From Mytilus californianus (Eukaryota), in assembly GCF_021869535.1 (NCBI RefSeq), contig NW_026262745.1, forward strand, positions 29,016,001-29,080,000: a DNA stretch of 64,000 nucleotides, in the 5' to 3' direction. The notes under the pieces are model-generated. The model was given only the letters and a program-made list of their open reading frames with translations. It did no database searches and was not told the DNA's origin. The number at the start of each line of letters is the position of its first letter. The stretch's first letter is position 1. Positions 11,801 through 21,637 of the stretch are shown piece after piece. A program made the position numbers and the translations under genes.

Positions 11801-14800
11801 TATCTGAACACAGAAGATGGGATTTGATGTATTCCAAAATTTCGCCCAAAAGTTACTATATGAAAACAGCTAAACATTGTCCCCTCCCCAAGACAAATGT
11901 TCTTTTTACCAGACGAGAATTCAAGATGACAATTTTCAATTAAGGCAAATGTAGTATACCGCTGTTCAATAGTCATAAATCGATTTAACCGGGTCACAAA
12001 CCAAATCCGAGGAAAACACATCAACTACAAGAGGAAAACAACGGAACAACAAAAACACTGAACTGCTACAAAAACAAACTCCAACATACATAGAAACGGA
12101 CTATTTGATAACAACTGCCATATTCCTGACTTGGTACAGGACATTTTAAGAAAAAATGGTGGGTTGAACCTGGTTTTATGGCTTGCCAAACCTCCCGCTT
12201 ATATGGCAATGTTAAAGATACCGCTAAAATGACAACATTACGTGACAGGAATGCAGTATAAATAAACGCAAGAACACTCAGGACAGTATGTAATGGTGTT
12301 ATTTTTATGTATTTTCTAATCATTACAAGAACATTAATATAGAATTGTGTTAGTAATGGTGTAATTATTTGTATTTTCTAACCATGTCGGTTTTTCTTCT
12401 AAATCAAAACTGTGTAAAAACAAATAAATCCTGTGCATATAGTTGCTTTAAACTAGAAATCATATAAATGAACTAGCTGATTAATTATCTTAACTTTTAC
12501 ATACATATAGAAAATAAACTAAAGTCATTCTTTTAAGATGGCTACAGTAAGCTGTCGTTTTCCAGATACCCTTAACAGCCTTTGATGCCCTTTAAATGTT
12601 ATTTTGTTTGGTCATTTGTGGTCTATGTATAGTTGTCTAACTGGCAATCATACCAACTTACATTACATTTTATTACTTTCTTTTTCAATTATAAATTACA
12701 GAATATGCATTTCGTAATTTCAAAACCGTCTTTCATAATTGTTTGTCTAGTTACTAATATCTGTATTTTTTTCTTTCTTATTAAATGCATTGACACTTAT
12801 TTTTAATATATCGTCCACATGTTGGAGTTACATGTTTTCAATTTTTTCACAGCCCATTAAAAGAGGATTACAGCATGTTAAAAAAAGAACAGTCAGAACA
12901 AAAGATGAGAGTCAAAAATTTAACTTCTTTGTTGGAAGAGCGAGACAGAAAATTAATGGAAAAAGATGTTCAAATTAAACTCTTGCAAGAAAATGTATCA
13001 AATTTAACAAAGAAATGGTAATGTTAAAAGTATTGTTCTCGTACTCAATCCTTACCCTTTTTATCAATGAGTTGCTGCAAATGTTCTCTCAAGCATGAAT
13101 TGTGTATACACCGTTTGCTGTCGACTGCATATTCCTGATCTCATTGTTCTTTTTTCAAAACTCTGCAATCTTTTCATAATTGTATACAATTTGCAATTGA
13201 CATATAAAGGCTATTTCTGACAGTGAAACACGCAAAAGCAGTTCCGCTTGACGAATTATTGAACCTGTCAAATAAAATACCTTCCTTATCTCAAATGTTA
13301 AAAAAATATCATGTGTCTTATTTTTGTGCATACTCTAAAAATTTAGGTCATTTTCATGATAAAAGTTTGTGAGATTGAATCAATTTTTAGATTAAGATTG
13401 TTGTTTTTATGAAGATCCTTCCTAATGATCCGGTTTGTTTTATTCCTTTTTCTATATTTTTGTGTTCAACTTGGTCTATCAAACGTTAATTTCTTTATGT
13501 TCAAATCTAATAACTGATAAGAATCTTAAAACGCTGTTTCTTGAAAAGTAATCTCATTATCGATATACAATAGTTTTGTATCAATTTTGCAATAATTTGA
13601 CTAAGTATATCACGTTAATGATTAATATAACACTTTCAAAGGGAATATAGTTATAAAATTTTTATTAATTTATAATTATCTTACATCTCTTCTTTCAAAT
13701 TTAATCTTTAAAAAAATGAAAACAACACTTTATACAGTTCATGCGTCCAAAGCGCTTTTCTGGATCTAGCTTCATCAGGAGAAGTCAAAGCCGAATATTT
13801 GAAGCCAAGGCTGTATAAGGACCGAAACAGTTGAAGAGCTATAGGACCAAGAAGGAACTAAGATTATAGCTTAATCCATCTAAAATCAAGTTTGCTAACT
13901 TTGCTTTTACATACACAAATCATTAGATATTCAAGCGTTCACAAATTTGCTTAACCCTGCCACATTATTTATGTGCCTTTCCGATCGTTTATTTGTTGCT
14001 GTCTCTCATATTTATTTTTCGTTGATTGTTTTATAATAAAGCCCCCATTTGGTTTTTTTCGTTTGAATTGTTTCACATTTTGTAAAGTCGGGACCCTTTT
14101 TAGCTGACTATACGGTACGGGTTTTCCTCATTGTTAAAGGCCGTATTCTAGTATTGATAAACAATCAGGGATCAGAACTAAATGTGTAGTTAGTACCGAA
14201 GACTAAAAAGCACTGGTAGTTTTCAAATAGGCACAGTTTTGAGAATTCGTTTGAAGGGGATCTTTAGTCGGTAGAATTTCAGCAGTACCAAGTTTTGAAA
14301 TGAACACCTTACGGGTAAACCTTGCATATAAATTATTGTATGAAACCAAGACTTTTCAGTTGACCTTTAAAATAGGACGTTGTTTTTTTCCCATCTTTTT
14401 TTGCTATCGAATCGATGCGTACACAATGAAAAACACTTCAAACGTTTTGTATGTTTATTTTTGGTTGATTGAGCTATTTCTTCTTCTATTTTTAGCGCGA
14501 AAACAGACGATGATAGAGTAAATGTATCTGCATACACTGAATTGTCGGATCCTAATAGACCAATAAAAATAGCAGAAAAGATCTCAGATATTTTTGAATA
14601 TGAATGGCCGAAAAGTATTGAAGCCTTAGAAGCTTTTGATTTGGAAGAAAAAGAGTGTGTCAATATATTATTGCATTTTCTTACAGTATGTAGTTCCATA
14701 TTTTGTAATCCACGAAAAAACAAATTCTAATTTCTTATCTATGCGTCGATATTTAGTAACCATAGTCTTTAACTGCATAAAAACGGTTTAACCCAAAACG

Positions 14801-17800
14801 TATCAACCAATAAAAATAAAGACCATTTGAGGAAAACCCACAATTAAATGAGATCTACTAGTCAATTTGCTGTGAAAAAAAATCTGTGTAAAAATCCTCA
14901 ACCCTTTTTAAATAAATAAGTTTTGATTTCATTGACAGTTGAACAGGATGATACTAATATGGACATATATTGACGGATATTAAAAACGCAACACTAAAAT
15001 ATTCTTTTTAATTCTCATTTTCACATATGCAATTTTTGCAAAATGAATGTATAAACATTAAATTCATTTATTACTTATGTTAAAAAAAAGTTTGCAGTTC
15101 GAAAGTTGAACTGATTACGTCATGTTTAATGTTCAAAATATGTGGTATGCACTGAAACCCCTGTTTTACCCTTATCGATGGAGGTGTCACCGTCGAAGGC
15201 AATGACTGCCTGTAACCAACGCCTAAATGATTGACAGAAAAGTCCACCAGTTCTGTTAGGCATCATTTGAGTTCTGTTTTGTACTACATTACATCAGTCC
15301 CACCCATTTCAGTTTATTTTGGCAATTATGCGGTTTACACTTAAGGGCTTAAAACTTTTTTTCTGCAGTCAATTCTTTGGCGCTTTAATATATGGGAAAC
15401 ATTTATGGTGTGAATCTATCTGCCATGGCATTCGACTACTTGATTAGCAGTTGACGTTGCGGCCGTTATCATGTCTCGCAAATGACGTTGCGTTATCAAA
15501 TTGTATTGACGTGGCGTTGTCACAACTTATTGATCTGGTCACAGGTGGTCATCATCAAATCCCGTCTGCCTGTACTGTACTGTAAGGACAGTGAGAGGAG
15601 TTGTTCTGACGTGAAATTGTCTAGCAATAGCACGTTCACATATTCCTGCCTGCAATATTCTTATGGTGTGATTTAGATTTTCATTGCTCAGTCTCGGCAA
15701 TATGGAGATGCAACATTGTTTTACTGATTTAAGTGTGGGTATGGATTGAAAGAATTGTTTCACGAAGAAAAAAACCTTAAAAAAACATTTATGGGTTTCA
15801 AATATCACTTTAAAAAATTCGTGCGACTTCAAAAATCCTGTATGTTCAATTATCTCAAGCAGTCAGGTAATCATTTTATACATTTTTCTTAACCGAAAGA
15901 AGTATGGTAAGCATGAATAGTTGTTTACTTATATGAGGATCAATCATGATTTGGTAAAAAAAAAATCACCAAAATGTGTGTTGCGTTTTTAAAGTCCGTC
16001 AGTATATAAGTATAGAAGGCCACTTGTGATGTCAATTTCATGTCAATAAAATGTTTAAATAGGCATATTTTAGTTTAAATGGCAACTTTGTAAACAGCTG
16101 TTGTCAAAATTCAATTTAAGGAAAGGCCTTACGCAAGAAATATTTTACCAACATTGACAACTCTGTATGGACATATTGATGAACTTTTTTTTTCGGTGAG
16201 GTCTTCTAATATCACAATAATTATGACTTTCAGTCAGATTGTATAATCTCTTTGTAGTATCCTACTTTTTTCTGTGATATTATAATGCATAAATTTTCAT
16301 GAAAAGAATGTTGGTTAAATGACTGTGTTTCTAGTCAAACATGTTTTTTCAGAGAGATTTATATTGTGCATTGGTTTCCGAATTGTTCATTAATTTTAGT
16401 GAGATGATTTTATATTTGTGTCTCTTATCTAACCCTCTTTTTGACTAGTCTATTTACATAATTGAGTGTTTGATTTATATATTTTGAGGATACATATGAT
16501 GCATGTGGAAAGATCGTATCAGATTTGGACCATCATTTAAAACAAGCTCTGATTGTTCCTGAGTGTGAAGAAGACGAAGAGGAGGTAAATTCAGTTACAG
16601 ATTTGGTGCACAGCGTATGAATATACACAGATTGTTATTTTTGTTTAATAAAACTGACATGTTCTAAAACAATGGACTCAGCAAAAGAACTAATTTTTGA
16701 TATTTTAAAATATGATACCCAAATGCAATAAAGATAATTGTCGCTATTACATAGATTTAGTGAAGATTATATAGATAAAAAGTGAAAGTAAGATAATTTT
16801 TTTTGTCAAATGTTACATTTAGGTAAATATTATATTAGTTTTAAGGTTAATTTACTATGTTATCCATTTAGGCTCCAAATCAAGTTGTTCCTGCGGAAAT
16901 ATTACAAACATTGAAGAACTTGAGACTGCAGTTGACAGAAAACAATCTTGAAATATTACAAAAGGTAACCACAATTGCTTTTAACTTTACATGCAGCTTG
17001 AATATTTCAGTTTCGTATGATAAATGATTGGTGTTTATCAACAATTGAAAATGACATAGTTGAATGGCGAATTTGATTGCAATACTGAAATATAAGGGGA
17101 CGACCATTTGATATTCTGGGGGGGGCCAGGAGGATTTTGAAAATAAATAACTCAGCCTTGATAATCACAAAAATAAATGGTTTGTTCTGTGGTAGTTTGA
17201 AAATAAATTACCTGACTTGCAATGTATTGAAAATAAATAACTCAGCAGGTCTAATCGAAAGTATGAGATGGCACCAGATTCTTCATAAATTCATCTTTTT
17301 TCCAAAAAAAAAAAAATATAAATATTATTTAAATATACTTGAAATGTCAGAAAATTGGTTTCATTTAACTTGAGGTTAATTGTCTCAGGAACACTTACCT
17401 CACTTTTATTAAATCAGGGCCGTAACTACATTGCGACAAATGCCTCATGTAGGAAATTTCAAAACCAAACGCTTGTCTCCATATCAAATTGTGTTCACCG
17501 TGAGTGCCTTGCAAGAAGCAAGTTCTGTTCTCCCTCAGACGTAGCCCCTGATTTTTCGGGATCAATGTTTCTTATTTATTTGTCTTTTGTTCATTGATTG
17601 CCCTTCTGTATTCTGTTAGTGTTGCATTCATTTTGTAATTTAGTAATTTTATTATTAACTTGATCATGAGTTTAAAAAAACACAGCAGCCACAGACTTAA
17701 CTTTGTGAATTACATTTTTGCTTTATCATGCATATTTGTCTTTTGATGTTGTTCCTAGAAACTTAAGTCTTATTCTGAATCTATAACGTGATTTTGCTTT

Positions 17801-19622
17801 GAGACCTAAATATTGTCATAAAATTATTAAAACAGAACTTGCATTTTCAGTTTAAGAAAGGGTCTGGGGAACACCCAGAAGGCATGATTTTGCATCATTT
17901 GTTCTATAGCTTCTTGGGCCTTCAGCGGTTCAAAAACCCTTAAAAAAAAAATTTTGCCTCGCTCCGCTCGGCGAAACATGTTTGCCAATACCTTTAAAAG
18001 AGCCTTAGTTACAACCAAACTTTAATACTGTGTATGTATGCAATACATGTATATGCATTGGGGAATATAGAAGATTCATTTCTGCAGAGGATAATAATTA
18101 ATTCTGATTAAATGGTACATAATGACTTGACTATACATGAATTATTTATAATAAACAAATAATTTAAAAATTGTATGTTTTCGAATATTATAAATATAGT
18201 TTGTGAAAATAAATAATCAGTCCCTTGCTTTAATGAAAATGAAAAATCTTGCTTCAATAGTGCAGAAAATAGATAATCTGTCCTCTTAGTTTACAAAAAT
18301 AAATAACCGATCCAAAACAAATCCTCCTGGCCCCCCCCAGAATATCAAATGGTCGTCCCCTAAGTAGCGGTGAAATGTGTAAAATGTACTTTATTCATTT
18401 TCTTTTTAAAATTATACCGTGAATCGACATGAGCAAAACGTACTTCTAGTTTTTAACAAATGTATTTGCATCAAAACGTAGACAATAAATGTTAGAATAT
18501 ACGAATTTAAACATGTAAGAATTAGGAAAAAAAGTAAATAATGAAGACAAATCCAAAATGTTATTTTATGAGGGACATTTATAATAAGAAAAAAAGCTGA
18601 TGTGGGACTAACGTCAAAGGAGTAACAAATTTAAGCACAATCTGATTTAAAAAAAAAACACAGATCCTTTGTCCAAGCTTTGCTTTCAAGGATCTGTAAA
18701 CGTTCCATTCTGTCCTTTTTAAAGACTTTTTTCGGGATCCTCAGGTTTTATCGGATTAATACACTCTTTCAAAAATTTGAAGGCTAAAATGTCATTGGCT
18801 GATTTAATAATTACCAGAACAGAAAGTAAAACGGAGTGTTGTCAGATCCTTGTAAGACTGGACACATGATCTGTATCTTAATCAGATTGAACAAAACAAC
18901 GACACAATTAACCCTCAAAATACATCAAGAGGTCAGTATATGGTGATCAACAGTAAGTAAGAGTTTATCCCACATATCCAGCTCGTGATTGCCTAAGTAT
19001 AGAAGACAAAACGTAAATACATCAAGAGGTCAGTATATGGTGATCAACAGTAACTATAAGAGTTTATCCCACATATCCAGCTCGTGATTGCCTAAGTACA
19101 AATGTATAGAAGACAAGACGTAAATACATTCAACAGGAACTAAGCAAAGGATCTGTCATCACAATCCAATTACTTAAAAGACAAAGCCTAGCACTATGAT
19201 ACTAACATTGATGATCACTGAGGCGGTTCCTCTCATAGTCTGAACCCCCTCTAACTAGTACTATAATAACCTCACACACCTGCTGTTTAAGATTTGAATG
19301 TAATATTTGTACTCTATTGTAGAAGCTTCGGAGTCATCTGAGAAAAGCTAGGACAAACGTAACTGATGAACACATCACAGCCTGTGCTAAATATGTGACA
19401 GATTGCATAAAATATGTTTGGATGATACAGATACAGGATCCCCAAGTTTATATTGAATGGGATTTTCCCAGTGGAGCGAAGATTGAATGGGATCTCTTTC
19501 GATCCTATACAAAATCTGGAGATTATATTGACTATATTGTGTGGCCTGTTATATATGAACACAAAGGTGGTCATTTGCTTTGTAAAGGTGTTGTGCAACC
19601 AATGTCTGGGAGTAACAATTAA
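5697..19622 (+). CDS. Multi-exon coiled-coil protein with Mieap (mitochondria-eating protein/SPATA18)-type C-terminal domain, ~439 aa
   Basis: Exons 5697-5743 (putative first; identical copy at 4077-4123), 7836-8055, 8892-9100, 12853-13017, 14496-14685, 16489-16584, 16872-16964, 19323-19622. All introns are GT-AG, phases are compatible, and the total is 1320 nt with no internal stop. Family motifs LSDPNRPIKIAEKISDIFEYEW and CIKYVWMIQIQDP...YTKSGDYIDYIVWPVIYEHKGGHLLCKGVVQP. AATAAA at 19626. The first exon is the least certain part. Confidence 0.8.
7250..7420 (+). mobile_element. Short interspersed element fragment carrying a decayed type I hammerhead ribozyme motif (family B)
   Basis: 7360-7401 reads tatta CTGAAGA aagattaatggtc TAAA tgcgca TC tagta. 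Stem I pairs (tatta/tagta), stem III is the palindrome ATGCGCAT, the cleavage site is UC, and GAAA is mutated to TAAA. Confidence 0.6.
9303..11590 (+). mobile_element. Helentron-associated non-autonomous element (outer) with ~161-bp internal tandem array, interrupted by a nested element
   Basis: 5' T-run and palindrome ccccgcgtaacgcgttgcgggg, a (GTCC/GTGTCC)n microsatellite, and repeat units beginning gttagcgctctcac at 9394, 9555, 11000, 11161 and 11323. The subterminal motif tgcggggga recurs near 11540. The 3' boundary is approximate. Confidence 0.8.
9591..10868 (+). mobile_element. Nested Helentron-associated non-autonomous element with ~150-162-bp G-tract-rich array
   Basis: 5' palindrome tatacgaccgc-aaaaaatttt-gcggtcgtata, a (CGT)n microsatellite, and units anchored at 9701, 9862, 10024, 10174, 10330 and 10492. 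The 3' end has gcggtcgtat plus a small hairpin and TTTT. It is inserted in the T-run of the outer unit (gccagatttt|tataaaacttatact). Confidence 0.85.
11940..12290 (+). repeat. Unclassified abundant interspersed repeat (related segments at ~26180-26265 and ~56280-56620)
   Basis: The cores aacaactgccatattcctgacttggtacag...gaaaaatggtgg(g)ttgaacctggtttt and aaaaacaaactccaacatacatagaaacggactatttgataac recur elsewhere in the window. Confidence 0.6.
13710..13890 (-). mobile_element. Short interspersed element carrying a hammerhead ribozyme motif (family A), copy 1
   Basis: The reverse complement of 13743-13784 reads cttctc CTGATGA agctagatcca GAAA agcgct TT ggacgc. The core is intact but stem I is eroded. 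The flank matches the copies at 23311, 23502 and 35041. Confidence 0.7.
14968..16004 (-). mobile_element. Internally deleted Tc1/mariner element with TIRs
   Basis: ~27-bp TIRs (tattgacggatattaaaaacgcaacac / gtgttgcgtttttaaagtccgtcagta) flanked by TA. The minus strand encodes a Tc1-like N-terminal HTH (LPRLSNENLNHTIRILQAG...IARQF...YRQTG, VTTPRQ) and C-terminus (SFRRWLQAVIAFDG). I found no DDE core. Confidence 0.8.
17096..18360. mobile_element. PIF/Harbinger-type non-autonomous element (MITE)
   Basis: Perfect 42-bp TIRs (GGGGACGACCATTTGATATTCTGGGGGGGGCCAGGAGGATTT) and a 3-bp TAA target duplication (17093-95, 18361-63). Internal aaaataaataactcagc sub-repeats. Confidence 0.9.
18918..19130. repeat. 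~100-bp tandem repeat (2 copies plus start of a third)
   Basis: aaatacatcaagaggtcagtatatggtgatcaacagtaa...gcctaagta at 18918 and 19015, with aaatacat again at 19122. Confidence 0.9.
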
Positions 19623-21637
19623 TATAATAAATAAATGCTTAATAAATTATATTTGTTAAATGTGCTCGATGTTTGTTTTAAGACTTAAGATACAATTGTC
19701 TTTCTTTTTCTTTTGGGAAAGGGGTTTTATTGTGCAACCTCCTTCAAGAAGAACGAGCCTTCTGTTTTCATATATCATATTTTCTCACTTTGACAGCACA
19801 GAATTATCACAAACGTCATGTTATGAAACCTAATAATAATTTGTACAGAGACACAATATACTATAAATATTCAAAGGACGATTCTTTAAAAATGTATTAA
19901 TCTTATTTATTACTATTTCAAACATTTCGACTTCATCATAAAAAAATCGCTTTACTAAACAAAATAAAACCTGACAAATAAATTACTATGGGATAGTCTT
20001 TTGTGTTATAACCTACTAACAAATCAGCCATGTTTGTTGTTGTTTCCGTATATCGAAATTCTCAGAAAATGATATTAACATTATAGTACTGTAAGTCCTA
20101 CTACATCAGCGGACAACACACCAAAGCATACCAAAGAGCGGAATTTCTCAACGACGACTGAACTAGAAGCTTCACATCTTCTCCAAACCAATTGTTATGG
20201 CTTTATATGTACAGGCAAATTACCGTATATGGAAGGACCTAACCCAGGAAAGTTCAAGAGAAAATTGACGTAAACGATTGATCAACAGCAAAGAATACCA
20301 TTTTTAACTTAGGTCACCAGACAAATTCAAAAAGATATATTCCGACAAAAAAAATTTTTAATACTAATATAACATACCGAGATGACTCAGATTTATGTAA
20401 AAAAATCATGAGGACCTTATCCAATAAATGTTCAAAATCAAGTAAAATCTATAAACGTTTAATCATTATCGAAAAAAAACATTTTCCATTATTTTTTAAC
20501 CTAGTCAGACATATTTTTAAAATCGTTATATTCACACAAAGATCATAGTTTTATATTGAACAATAAGGAGACAATGAGGAGATCACCGTGTTTAAAATCT
20601 TAGTCTTTGAAAATGGTAACATTTCTGGAAATTGTATTATACTAAGGACTATTATGAGAAACACTTTGAAAAGTTGTGATGATAATAGCATAGGATTCTG
20701 TATTTGATTGATTTTTTATCTAGTTCTTTTTACAAGATGCAGCAAAAATAAGTACCCTTAAAATTTTGATGTAACAAGCTTCTAACGCAATTTTCTTGAT
20801 AGATAATTAAATAATACAATACGCATTTGTATGTATATAACAAATAAAAGTGTCTATTATAATTTTAAATAAATTTATAATTGTGGTTTTAACATTTTTT
20901 TAGTCACTCTGGTTACAGACAAAAACAATCTATTGATTTTGTCACTTTAATAGTCTGAAGAGTTACTTTTCTATTGTTCTCGTCTCATCTGTTATTCAAC
21001 CTGTGAAGGATCATGCATATTGATAAACTAATATTTCATAGGTAAAAACTTAAACCTTAAGAGATGATATTACTGTTAAGTAAAGTTTATACCAACATAA
21101 TTCCTTTCGTCGTTCCAAGTATAGTTACCTGCTGAAATAACCTTCATATATACGTATGGAAGATATTTGTGGAAGGATAGATCCTGAATAAGTTTGAAAT
21201 ACTTCCCGTGGGTGAAAGTGAACCAGATTTGAATAAAACAATATAAGAATGTTTTAGATAAGTGATTTTTCATTTGTTTTCATCGTGGTAAGTTTTGTTA
21301 TGTAATTATATATATATATATTTCCTTCGGCCACATCGAAAGACCACTCATTTTTTTAAGGCATTCTTTCTGGAACTGAAGAAGAACTTTATAATATGCA
21401 AAAAGCAACATTTTTACAACAAAAACTACCAAAAATATATTTTCTGCAATATGTCTTTAAATCATAAGATCTTTGTACATCAAGAAAAATGTATATTATG
21501 GAAATAGTACATTTTAACTTGTTTTTTTCACATTCGATTAGTAATTATTGATACACAAATATATTAGTCTTTGCGGCCATCTTAAAAAGTCATCTCTTGG
21601 TTTTTGTAGGATTGTTGTGTCTGTGAGCAAAGCAGAT

